This document shows, piece by piece, positions 52,201 through 64,000 of a stretch of 64,000 nucleotides of DNA. The stretch covers positions 94,552,001 to 94,616,000 of the forward strand of contig CM052816.1 in assembly GCA_028534125.1 (NCBI GenBank), written 5' to 3'. Made by a program: the position numbers and the translations under genes. A model generated the notes under the pieces. It made no database searches and was not told the DNA's origin. It saw only the letters and a program-made list of their open reading frames with translations. This DNA comes from Lama glama. Its lineage: Eukaryota. Every line of letters starts with the position of its first letter. Position 1 is the first letter of the stretch.

Positions 52201-54414
52201 CCTTGTCGGGATGTTATGAAAACAAATATATTCTTAAAAACCACAAATAGATCTTTTGTTCCTGAAGGGTGGACATTGAATTAACAACCCTTTAAATCTA
52301 AATATTTTTCTTTAAGCACAAATTGCATCAAACTTTGTTATAAAAAATGTGAATCACTGTGATATTTGACACTCTTTATATGTTATGTATTTTTAATTGT
52401 TTTTTAAAAAATAATTCAGACATTTATAAATCTAAATTATCTCAACTACAAATCTGCATTTATCCTAGGTTAATGTTTTTCAGATCCTTAACATTTTCCA
52501 TATACTGAAGGCTTACAGAGAAAATTAGCCAAGCCAAATTCGAAATTATTCTTAAGATAGTAGTTTGCTCTTCTGAAATAAGATGTTATGTAAAACCTCA
52601 TTGATTCAGATGAATAAAGTCAGAAGATTAGTATTTTGTTAAATGAAATTTCATTGCTGTGGAGCACTTATTGTTAACCTAAATTAAGCTAAGTAGGGCA
52701 ACAGCTATGTCAGAGTCTTGCTTGTACATATATATACATTATGGTTAGGCAACAATGACTTCTAGGCAATTAGATTGTCAGCTCCATTAAAGCTGTGACA
52801 CACTACTTTTCTGTATTTCATACGGATGCGTGGAGAGTGAAGATGTCATTCTGTGTAAGATCACAGTAAATGTGAATATCAATGTGTCCCTTTAAGGCAT
52901 TAAATGGCAACAAAATACTACAAGTACTGTAAGTGGCCTTAAGGATCAGAGACTTTCACATGTGTTTTGATCTTGAATTTCTAGTGAAATCTTCCTCAGA
53001 AGTCCAGTCTATATCTGAGCCCGGAGAGGTGGCATTTTAAGTTGCTTGATGCCTAGAATCTCACCTCCTCCCCGTGAACCCCAGTCACCCCGAGACTTGA
53101 AACTTGAGGACTCTGCAGACCTTAGGTTGAAAGGCGCTGATGTCACCCAACGCCTTAACCAAATCCCTCTGTTTTCCAAATGGCAAGTCAGGCTTCAGTT
53201 CCCTAAGCAGGTGGTTCAAAGCCATGGAGGCCCGCAATTCAAACCCAGTAACTGTGAAAATAATTGTCTGAGTGAAAAGATATATTTCTCTTTATTTGGC
53301 TATATTTCATATTAGTCCATTTTTTCGCACAAAAAAAGGCTGGTGGGAGAGAGAAAAAATCTAGATCTAGATGTAAGTGTAGCTATGTAGATGTAGATAC
53401 AGATATCAGAACATCAGTTCGCATCAATTCACATCATACATCGTGTGTATAGACTACTGTATACATGTATATACAGTTTCTGATATTTACATATCCTTAT
53501 AAATGCGGGTCAGACACATCTACACCATTGCGTAAAGTCTTCCTACCACTGAGACATCAAGAAACGAAGAATGGACAGGATTCTCTAGAGGGAACTAGTC
53601 TAGGAGCTAGTTTGCCACCTGATAGTGATACAAGATTCTTGTTTAAACCTGTTCAAGCCTTGAAGAACTTTTCTGAGAGAAAGCGAGTAAAAATACCTAC
53701 TTAGCTACCCTCCATGGGGGTTGTCGTGATCATGCGAAATAACACAGGCAGTGCGTTTTTGCTGACATTATACAGCAGCGTGTGGGTGTGTGCAAGACAG
53801 TATTTTGTGTTATGAGATGTGCTTTAAGTATCCCAGTGCTGTACCCGACTTCCATTTCGCACGTAAAGATACCCAACAGCTTATTTCAGGATTCTTCACA
53901 TCGCAAAGGTTATGATCATTTTTGACAGCTGTCCTGGTTCTTTTTGAAAATATTTTTGCTAAGCAAGTTCTCATGCATGAAATAGCAGTATTTTGGTGAC
54001 AGCAAAGTGTCTACAGAGAACCAAATGTTCGATGGTAATTAGAAAGAATGCGTCACAAGTGGTTGCTGAGTTGCTGGATTCTTTCTAAAATATGTTATTT
54101 AAAACACTGACTGGGTATCTACTTGGAAATCAGGCTTATCACTGAAGCAGCTTTCCATTTTGGCATCGGCAACGGTTTCAAGAGCCCCTGCTCTGAAAGG
54201 GAACTGGTGCCCTAGAAAAGAGGAGGACGTTATCGCGGCAACAGTGGGGGAGAGCATCCCGCGTAGAAGTGGCATCTGTAATTCCCAGGAGGATGTTCTG
54301 CATTTCTGTCTCCCTAGGAAGCAGGGAGGATTAAGATTGTGGATTCCCAAGCCAGACTGCCTGAGTTGGAATTCCAGCTCTGTTTCTTCCTAGTGCTGGG
54401 AACCAGAGAAACCA

Positions 54415-54530
54415 TTTTTTGGGGGGAGGTGGGTTAATTAAGTTTATTTATTTTTTTATGTAGTTGGGTTCAATCCCCAGGACTTCGTGCATGCTAAGCA
54501 TACGCTCTACCACTGAACTATAGCTTCCCC
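54415..54530 (-). mobile_element. Vic-1-like SINE with an inverted T-loop
   Basis: caggacttcgtgcatgctaagcatacgctctaccactgaactata. Confidence 0.88.
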
Positions 54531-54567
54531 TACAAGAGCCTAGATCTTTTTTTTTCTCTCCCAAAGC

Positions 54568-54706
54568 TTTTTTTTTTTAAGGGACTGAGGGGAGTGATTT
54601 AGGTTTATTTATGAATTGTTTGTTTGTTTGTTTTTTAACGGAGGTACTGGGGATGGAACCCAGGACCTCGGGCATCCACACTCTACCTCTGAGCTATACC
54701 CTCCCC
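54568..54706 (-). mobile_element. Vic-1-like SINE
   Basis: ggaggtactggggatggaacccaggacctc...tgagctataccctcccc. Confidence 0.88.
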
Positions 54707-55363
54707 CACTTTGAAAAAAACTTAACTTTTCAGTGCCTTAGTTTGCTCCTGCATATATTGGAGATGGTATTAATAATGTCCAAATCTCCAAGTGTGGTTG
54801 AGAAGGTGATTGAGATGTTATGTGGAAAGCCCTTTGAACAGTGGCTGGGGTCCACCCAGTCAGTGCTATTTAACTGTTTGCAATGTCATAATAAATGGTT
54901 TGTCCCATTACACATTCCAAATCCTGTCATTAAGGTGAAAATGGAGGCCTCCCCAAGGGCCTGGAGAGGGCCCTGCATCACCAGGGAAGCTGTGTACCAT
55001 CAGGACGGGTGGATCCTAGGCAGTAATCATCGTCATAATTGTGTAGTAGCGTAGGATTTAAAAAGCTGCAGGCCTTTTAAAAATTCACTCTTTCTACCTT
55101 TTCAAAAATTTGGAAATTAATAATCACATTCATCTTCCTTTTTGATTTCCTAATAATGGTTACAGTTTCCATCATAAGCCATACCTCTCGTGTTTTGATA
55201 TTGAAGTGTGTTCTTCAGAGTATTTCGTTTCAAGGAGGGAGTTTACTCTGAGTTACTCAAGACCTGTGATGAACTGCGATCGTGCATCCTGATATATTTA
55301 TTAACATTGAAGAGTGTGAGGTTGCAGATTATCTAAGCAATGAAAAAAACAAAATTAAAACAT

Positions 55364-55366
<3 letters not shown>

Positions 55367-55398
<32 letters not shown>
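55367..55398. repeat. (GT)16 microsatellite
   Basis: Direct observation. Confidence 0.97.
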
Positions 55399-55399
<1 letters not shown>

Positions 55400-56679
55400 T
55401 AGACACATATATGTTCTATTTTGTTTCTTAAAGCCAACATTTGTTGTCAGGCATAAAAACTGGAATGTAAAATATAAATGGAATATAAAGTTTTAAATGA
55501 AAAGGCTTGGGATATTTAAACAGTCCTCATTCAATTTGTCTGGCATTTTGTGGATCTTTTAAATCTTTTGGCCCTTTTTGCCCAAGAGTATGCGTGTGAT
55601 AAATATGCATTGAATTTCAAAAGCTATAAATAAGAACTGAGAGCTATGGCAACTTGGTCTGTATTTTGTTTTAATGATTATGTCTTATAAATAGAACATA
55701 AGGAATAAAACTCTGCATACTTCTGGAAAGGTCTTACCATTTTTAACAGGTAAAACACAATTGTGAACCATTTTCTCGTTCTTTGACTTTTAACATCCGG
55801 TTTCAAAAATGTGCGCATCATTCATTTTTTCACGTGCAAATTTTGAAAATCTCAGAGACTGGAGTTTTAAAATATGCTGTTGCAGGCTCTGGGGAGCAAA
55901 AAAGTCAAATGTGAACACGATGAATGTAGAAAGCGAGACTCTAGGTAGAGGGTTAGGCGCTGCTTTGAGGTTTGCCTCTTCCACCACCAGCATGAATTCA
56001 CATCAGGAAATTTGTGCACCTTTAGTGTGGGACTGGGGTTGATACTGGGCTGTCTGGGAAGCGCTTTCTAGACTGTGAATCTGAGCCATCACAGGGCAGT
56101 GGAGCCAGGATGCATTGGGATCAACACAGTAAACCTAGAGCAAACTTTGTAGAGACTGCCTCGTATGCGTTCGCTAAGTTGTCGTTTCAGACACAGCTAT
56201 GCCTGCAGATGAGAAAAATGCTTTCCTAACAGCAAATCTAGTTTAAAAAACAAAAACCCATAAATAAGGTGAATAACAATTGAACGTGTGTTAGAAGACC
56301 TCAATGAGCGCGCGCAGAGAATACATTTATGCGAATGTAAAACTTACACAGGCAGCTGTGTGCCACTCGCTGCATTATTACTCCATTAACTTTGCTCTTC
56401 TTTGCATATTTGGTTACATTATCCAGAACGCATCTCCCAGCTCATTCTGTTCTCATTTCACTCGAAGGAAGTAAAACTGTGTGTTGAAAAGCTCCTCTTT
56501 TCACATGTTTATTTCCATTCAGTGATTTTGAGAGCACATTGTATGGAACTTATAAAAGGAAAGTGAGTTGACAGCATATGAAATTTAAAAGGATTGCCTA
56601 ATCTAGCCATATTTTTAATAACCTATAGATTTTATCTAGAAAAATGACGAAGAAGAATTATCTCTGTAGCTTAAAATGA

Positions 56680-57490
56680 AGAGTAAGCAGAGGACATGAA
56701 CAGATACTTCATCAGGAAGTTATAAGGAGAGCAAGTGAGCACTGGGGAGGATATTTTCCATCATTAACCACTGGGAGAATGCAGATGTGAACCACAATGA
56801 GATATTCCTGCACACTGATTAGAATGGCTAAAATTTAATAACAAACACATCAAAAAAAAAAAAACCCAACTTGACATATCAGGAACACAGAGGAACTGAA
56901 ACTCTTACACATTGCTGGAAGGAATGCAAAATGCTATAGATGCTGGAAAACTGGTATTTTCTTAGAAGGTTAAATATACAGTCACCATATAACCCAGGAT
57001 CAAATATCTAGGTACTTACCCTAGAGAAATGAAAACTTATGTTTGTACCAAGACTGTATATGAGTGTTCATATTAACTTTATTTGTAATACTCAAAGCTC
57101 GAAACAACCTAAATCTCTTTCAACAGATGAATGCTGAAACTAAGTATGGTACATCCACAAACAGAATACCACTCAGCAGTATAAAAGAGCAAACGATTGA
57201 CACCTGCAACAACTTTAATGAATCCAAAGACATTTGCTAAGTGAGAAAAGTCATGACATTCTCCAAAGACAAAGTCATAAAGATGGAAGACATATCAGTG
57301 ATTATCTATAGGTGGAGGAAGGAGTGTATAAAGGGATTGATTACACGAGGGAAGTTTCTAGGGCAACAGGACCGTTCTATATGCTGAGTATGCTGCTAGT
57401 CACAAGAATCTATCAATGTGTTGAAATTCACAAAACTATGGACCACAAGAAAAAAGTGCCAGTTTCATTGAATAATAATTCAAAATATTT
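56680..57490 (+). mobile_element. Old LINE-1 (ORF2 end and 3' UTR)
   Basis: accacaatgagata...attagaatggctaaaatt...ccctagagaaatgaaaac. Confidence 0.82.
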
Positions 57491-58059
57491 TAAATTGCAG
57501 GTTAGCGTACTTTTAATAAAAATGCGTAAGAAGCTAAAGTCACACATGGGAAAGGCCAAATCAATGACAATTTCAAAACTTTAATAAGTAATGAAATTAT
57601 ACTTTGTGTTCACATGTTCTTTATTAACTTCATGAAATAGAAATACATTCAACTAGGTAGCACTTTCTCAGTCGGAGGAGTGAAGTGGTGGCCTGTGGGG
57701 TGGCTGCAGGCGGCTCAGGGCTGAACATTTTCATTTTAACAGTTACATATTTCTTTCTATGGGTACTTAAAAACACGAATAACATGTGAGACCCATGACA
57801 TCAGGGATAATGTTGTTTAAAAGTAGCTCAAAGATAGCCAAGAGAACTGAAATTTAGGAAATTCTGAGCAGGTTAGTATTCTTAGAGATAATGAGCTTTT
57901 TAGATTTTATTCAATAAGGAAGAAAAGGTTATAAGGAAATGACCATGCAGACAGATTTTAAGTGACAGTAAACACAGTAGTTTGTTTCTGAAAAAAAGAT
58001 GACATTATTTAGTAAATAACAAGCTATTTGAGTTATTGCCATTTGAGAATACATTTTGA

Positions 58060-58560
58060 TAATGATAGATCTTTTTCAAAGCTGAGTTTACTGGTTTTCT
58101 ATAGGTGTTCTTTCATATGAATCAACTTTGACATTTTAAGTAAAGAAAGGACCCAAATTGATTCTGGGGGGATTGCACTGAAGATAAATATATATATATA
58201 TATATATGTTCTGGTGAGCAGTGACACTTTAAAAATATCTCCACCTAGGAATATGACTTTTTTCCAATTACATGAAAGGGTTTCATTTAGTTTTCACTCC
58301 TTCAATGAAATTTTATGATTTTATTTTTATATTTCTTTCACTTTTTCTGTTAAATTTCTTTTTGGGCATTTTATAATTTGATTCTATAGTGATTTTTTTT
58401 TCCCCAAAGAATTGTACCTTGTGCTTTTGCCAACATCTCAAGAAGCTATTGAGTTTTCTGTATATAACCTGCCATTGAACTGATTTCCTTTTTGGAGGAG
58501 TGGTAATTCAGGATATTTTTCAGTTGGTTTTTTTGATCCTTCTAGCTGTATGATAAAATC
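58060..58560 (-). mobile_element. Highly degraded L1 fragment containing an (AT)n tract
   Basis: ttctttcatatgaatc...gggattgcactgaa...ttttctgttaaattt. Confidence 0.5.
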
Positions 58561-58994
58561 AAATGTCAGTGGAGAGGATTTTGCAGTCAAACACTCTACC
58601 ACTGAGTTTGCCTCCAGCGGAGAGGGGCTGGTATCTTTCCTATTGTGCTTCTTTTAGAAGGTGTTGGCAGGCGGTCCAGGGCAGGGTTGGGTGCCCTGGT
58701 GAAGGTCAGGGTGGCCGACTGTGAGCGTACCTCCAGTAGACATTGTGCTCCTCACTTAGAACACTGCTCTGTTTGGCTTGCTACCATTTTAACTAGAATC
58801 TTTGCTTTTCTTTTCATAAACAGGATAGTATTTATTTTCTGACTTTTCCGAGTTCATGCTTGCCCCATAGAAATACATACAGGTACTCCATCATTCTCTG
58901 TGCTCTGGAATAGTTAACATACCAGAATGTAACATGTAGAATTATCCTGGAAAACTAAAGTGCCTAGAATGTGGAATTTCCTTGGTAAACTACA

Positions 58995-59150
58995 AGGCCA
59001 TGGTTAAGAGCATGTGGTTCGGAAGCAGATCTTGGCTCCAGTTTCAGGTCAGCCGCCGACTCCCAGTTTGACCTGGTGCAGTCTACCTGGTCTCTTCAGG
59101 TGGCCATTTCATGGTCCCTAAAGTGCAGGCGACAATAATACCCGATTTCT
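58995..59150 (+). mobile_element. MIR fragment
   Basis: tggttaagagcatg...tttgacctgg...gacaataatacc. Confidence 0.6.
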
Positions 59151-61714
59151 GAGCTACTCTCACGTGTCTCTTTGGTAATACCCTCCCCCAACACGTGACT
59201 AGTCTGGCCTGCTGTTCCGTATCCATCAGTTTTAATGTTCTGAATTAGATTTAATTTCAGAACTTTCCTATTCTCTTTTTCCTCACTTCTTTTTCTTATG
59301 CGTTATGAGTCTTAATTTTGCTGGTACAACACATTTTATTTATTCACCAAATATCGGTAGACTCTGGCGAACTCTACCATCCTAACCCAAACCAGGAAGC
59401 TAACGTTAAACCATTGCTGAAAATGTCTTAAATGCCTTTTAGAAATGAGGAGTGTATTTATCACCAAATATTCATCCTCACTCAAAGTTCATTACTTTGC
59501 AGTGTCAGGTATGAAAAGTTAAATTAAGCATCAAAGGAGTGCTTTGTGATCATGGAATTCAAAAATAAAGCCGCATCAAACATGGAGGTGGGAAAGAGCT
59601 GGTCTGGGGTGACATATCTCAGCGTGTTTGAGATCCAAGGACTACTCTCCACGGACATGGATGCTGCCTGGACTACTGAGTAAATGTTGGTCGCCTTTGA
59701 TGTCACACATTCCCTCGGAAGACTGTCCCCTTCTTATTTGTCCACTGCCTCTAGATTTGGTGCCCCATCAGCTGCTACACACGCCTCCTGGCCCTTCCAT
59801 GGGCCTGTGCTGCTGCCTCGACAGTGTGCCGTGTGCACTCTGTGCACATGAGCAGATGCCCGATTCAGCCCGAAGTCAACTCTGCACAACACCGCGGGAC
59901 AAACTCTGAAGTTTATAGCAAGTAGTGATGGGAGATGTTGCCTCAAAAGCAAAACTCCTGGTGAGAGCTCTGAATGTTGCGTGAGAGTCCACAGACTGAA
60001 CAGTAGCGAGGGCCTGGAGCAAATTGTGATCGAAGAGATGTGAATCCGCTTGGTGCGTCTGTAGAGCATGGAGGGGCCCTCCGCTGAGCTCCTAGAACAT
60101 CAAGAGTGTGGCTGAGATGCAGCTGGCAAAAGGCTGGGGAGGGCCAGGGTGTGGTGCCGACAGACAAGGGCCACGCTGCTGACCCAGGCTGGTTCTGATC
60201 TCTAGTTCTGTGCCCGTCTTTAACCGCTGTTCTGAGTGGCTCCCTCTTGATTCGCTTGTATGAGCAATCCCCTTTTCCATCGCCTGGGTCTGCCTGCCGG
60301 TGAAAGGTCCATTTTTTTCCCTCTGAGTCTGTTTCCTACCTCACTTTCTAAACCTCCTATATACTCCTAGGCATTGACTTTCCTTTATACTTAGTTGAGT
60401 GCTTTCAATATTCTGTACCAGAAATCATTCACTTGTTTGCCTGACATTTCCTGAGAATCAGCTCCGTGCCAAGAATGTGCATCACTGAACCATAAAGAGA
60501 AGATCCCTGCTCATTCGTGAGGAGCTTACAGGGGACCCCAGGCATCATACATGAGTGGAGGGGGACAGGCATAAAGCAAAAGAGACTGATGGCCAGAGAG
60601 AGTGATGCGAGCACAGAAAATCCGGGGGTACAGGCTCCATCTAACGGCACACCAATTCTCCTTTAAGACAACGAACAGCACAATGAACCAGGTCTGCCAG
60701 TTGGGTCCTCTCCAGCTTTAAATGCCATCTGTTCTCTGCCAACTGCCAAACTCTCTACTGCCAGCCCAGAATTCTCTCTTGAACTACAAATTCCATGAAC
60801 TTCAAGCTCTCAACTCTCACGGCCCCTTGGGTGTATAATGGGCAGCTCACACCCACCGTGGTGGAAAGTGGCCTTCTGCTCTCATCCATCCCAAACCTGC
60901 ACTCTCTGCACCGTCTTCTCCAGGTCAGCAAACAGCAGTTCCGTCACTTCCAGCTGCTCAGATATGAAAACTCAGCTGTTATATCTGACTCTCTCACCTT
61001 CTACCAGCTCAAGTATTCAACTCATTAGACCCACTGACTAACTTTAAAAATTATCCAGAATTCAGACAACTCTTTCTGCTCCTCTGCTGTCACTTTTGTC
61101 CAGCCACCGTTGTCCTCCACCTAATCTCCATCTTTGTCCCCAGGCAAACTCATTTCAGTAGCAGCCAGAGGGAGGCTGTAAACATAATTCAAGCCATTTC
61201 CCCCGACCTATCCCCCTCTAAGCTTTCCCATCTCAGAGAAAAGTCTAGGTCCTTACAGTGGCCTAAAAGACCCCACATACCGTCTGCTTTCCCCCTCTTC
61301 CCACAACTCCTCTCTCCCACACCACCCCCACTCCTGCCCCCACCCACTCACCCCTTTCTGTTCCAACACTGGTCTCCTCGCTGATAATGAGGCTTCCAGC
61401 CAAGCTTTTGCATTAAGGATGTAGCATTTGCTAGAACTTCTCCCCAACCCACTATTTCTCCACTTGCCACCTCACCTGATTCAAGTCTTTGTTCAAATGT
61501 CACCTTCTCAGTGAATTCTCAGTGGGACTTTTTGTTACGACCAACCTACGTAAAATGACATCCACCGACCCTGCGTGGTCTCTATGCCATCCCTGCTTCG
61601 TTTTCCTCCCTGGCACGTCTCTCTCTCTCTCTGACTTACCATCTGTTCTACTCATGTATCTGTTTATGGGCAACCTGTCCCCACCTTAATGTCAGCACCT
61701 TGAGGGCAGATTTC

Positions 61715-62167
61715 TTTTTTTTTTTAATTGAGGTATAGTTGATTTACAATGTTGTGTTAGTTTCTGGCGTACAGCATGGTGATTCAATCATTATATATAT
61801 ATATTCTTTTTCATTATAGGTTATTATAAGGTATTGAATATAGTTCCTTATGCTATACCATAGGACCTTATTCTTTATGTACTTTATATTTAGTAGTCTG
61901 TATCTGCCAATCCCAGACTCCTAATTTATCCCTCCCCCCTTTCCCTCCTGGTAACCATAAGTTTGTTTTCGATGTCTGTGAGTCCGTTTCTGTTTTGTAA
62001 ATAAGTTCATTTCTTTCATTTTTTTAGATTCCATATATAAGTGATCTCATATGATACTTCTCTTTCTCTGTCTGACTTACTTTACCTAATATGAGAATTA
62101 ATCTCTAGGTCCATCCGTGTTGCTGCAAATGACATTATTCCATTTTTTTATTGCTGATTAGTATTTC

Positions 62168-62236
<69 letters not shown>

Positions 62237-62503
62237 ACACACACACGCACATATACCACACTTTCTTTATCCAGTCATTTGTCAATGGACATTTAGGTTG
62301 CTTCCATGTCTTGGCTGCTAAATAGTGCTACGAACACTGGGGTGAATGTATCTTTTTGAGTTAGAGTTTTGTCCAGATAAATGCCCAGGAGTGGGATTGC
62401 TGGATCCCATGGTCACTCTATTTTGAGTTTTTTAAGGAGCCTCCATACTGTTCTCCATAGTGGCTGCAGCAAACTACATTCCCACCAGCAGGGTAGGAGG
62501 GTT
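61715..62503 (-). mobile_element. 5'-truncated LINE-1, about 790 bp
   Basis: T-tail, ttaattgaggtatagttgatttacaatgttgtg...cccaggagtgggattgctggatc. TSD core ttgagggcag at 61700-61709 and 62519-62528. Confidence 0.92.
62172..62250. repeat. Compound (TA)22(CA)n microsatellite inside the L1
   Basis: Direct observation. Confidence 0.97.
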
Positions 62504-64000
62504 GAGGGCAGGAGTGGGTTGAGGGCAGGGATTTTTGGTCCTTTTGTTCAGCGCTTCATTCACAGCATCTAGAAAGGTGTCAGGCACATAAAAGGCATTC
62601 ACCATTTCTTTGTTTAAAGAATGAATAAATGAATGCATTCAGGAAGATCTCTATTATCTGAATCTTGAGTATTGTTGAGAGTCAGCGCTCAGGATACTTT
62701 ATCATTTCAATGGTGTGTAGGGAGTAACCTGGGAGTATTTGGCAAAGGGGCCTTGCTCTCCAGACTCCTAGCCATAAAAACATGATGTCCTGGGGTTACA
62801 AACTCCAGACTGAGGAGCTGCCAGAAAGATGTGAAGTATAGGATGGTGCAGAGGAAGGGCCCCGGGAAACCACAAAACTCTGATTCCTACAATATTGAGG
62901 TCAGTGCCAGAGAGGCCAGCGTAAAATCAAGTTCATGTATGAGGCGGGGCTTCAGTGGTGGGAACGAGTTAGGCTTTTGAACTGTGATTTTTGAACTGGT
63001 ACAAAGAGGTGATCCTCGGACCCAGGGAAGCAATAGCGGGGGGTCAGGCACTCCCTCCAGCCCCCAGGCTGTTTGCTGTTCTTTGGCCCTCAGTCAAAAG
63101 ACCGTGCAAAGGAATTCAGAAGGAAACGGCATGACTTAAAACTTCCCAAACAGTGAGGCTTGTGCAGGCTGCCGGTGTCGGAGATTCTGGGAGATTCCAG
63201 GGAGATTCCCAGGAGGGTTTGACCTCCCTCGGCCTGCCGGTGGCTTTCCAACCTGCTTGGCGGTGACTGCAAAAAGTTGCACATTTTATGGCCCAAACGT
63301 GTCCACACAAATATGACTTTTAAAAATAAAAAATAACAAAAGCTTGCTATGGATGATGCACCCAGATAATTCCTCTTTTGGTCCCTTTCATTTTATTATT
63401 ACTTTTTTTCTTTATGCTGGCTGATGGAGCAGGGTGAGGGTAAGGCAGGGGAGGAACTCCCCAAAGGCAGGGAACTCAAGGGGGAACCAAAAACCAAGTG
63501 AATAAAGACAAACAGCATTTCAAGGCAGTATTTTTTAAAACCCAGAATAAGGCAGGCAATCCATCAAAATGTCATGGAGATTTTAAATACAGGCGGGCAG
63601 TTTTGTTTTATGACCCTACACTGGTGGGCGTCCTTACATTATTTTATTCTTTACGTTGGACCATATTTAGTGTAATAGAATGTCATCCAGTGTTTTTTTT
63701 AATGTTATTGTTAAACTTGTTTTGACAACGAGATTTCAAGCAAGGGCATCAGAGAGGATACAGTTTCCATCTAATGTCTCCTAACCTTGATCTAATCCTA
63801 CCTGCGTTTCTTGATGTTCAGGTTTGAGCTTAGTAGATCCACTGTGTTAATAAACAGTTCCAAGTTCTTAACTGCAGTGGAGATGACTGTCATTGTTTTC
63901 AGGGAGCCAGAGGACTCAAGGACCAGTGCAGATTTCTTAGGACTGTGGAATAAAATGCATAATTATATAGGCCAATGAGAAGTTCAGCCTGTCAAGGGGA

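Larger units (their letters stand above)
54325..54900 (+). mobile_element. MIR split by two Vic-1-like SINEs
   Basis: gccagactgcctgagttggaattccagctc (5' part) resumes as cttaactttt cagtgccttagttt at about 54720. Confidence 0.72.
60720..62640 (+). mobile_element. L2 3' region interrupted by an L1 at 61715-62503
   Basis: ttaaaaattatccagaat, gtccttacagtggccta and ttcaaatgtcaccttctcagtga; resumes at 62519 and ends gaatgaataaatgaatg. Confidence 0.78.

Noticed and set aside
53360..53490. Imperfect inverted repeats suggesting a miRNA-like hairpin
   Set aside because: Degenerate AT-rich purine-pyrimidine low-complexity sequence is self-complementary by composition.
54611..55054. 147-aa ORF
   Set aside because: It runs through an antisense SINE and a MIR, so it is repeat-derived.
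58566..58606. 15-nt match to the SINE A-box region, or a short hairpin (tcagtggagag...ctctaccactga)
   Set aside because: Too short to distinguish a SINE scrap, a templated inversion or chance.
59161..59199. Pair of CACGTG E-boxes
   Set aside because: Two hexamers at the edge of a MIR, with no other supporting context.
1..64000. CRISPR arrays, operons or other prokaryote-type systems
   Set aside because: The DNA is clearly mammalian, with no regularly spaced repeat-spacer arrays or gene-dense segments.

Overview
This is mammalian non-coding, repeat-rich DNA, most likely from a camelid (alpaca, vicuna or camel): it carries seven copies of a tRNA-derived SINE matching the camelid Vic-1 family, plus young L1 3' ends. 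I can support no protein-coding exon, RNA gene or host-gene identity; the supplied ORFs are explained by L1 remnants, simple repeats, the N-gap or chance. The window holds L1 fragments of several ages, L2 and MIR relics, two ERV1-class solo LTRs with 4-bp target-site duplications, ERVL/MaLR LTRs, hAT MITEs, microsatellites, a 500-N assembly gap and one small GC-box/CpG-rich patch near 19.7-20.4 kb. Most L1s, LTRs and SINEs lie on the minus strand, which suggests an intron of a plus-strand gene (inference). I found no convincing new biological system. The most interesting signals are small mutational footprints visible in the sequence: a TSD-flanked poly(A)-tailed insertion with unique DNA and an inverted L1 piece (43.8-44.2 kb), a flipped 7-nt T-loop in a SINE (54.47 kb), and a SINE/L1 fusion with a fold-back templated junction (21.17 kb). 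Repeat subfamily names come from recalled consensus sequences, and boundaries of old repeats are approximate.
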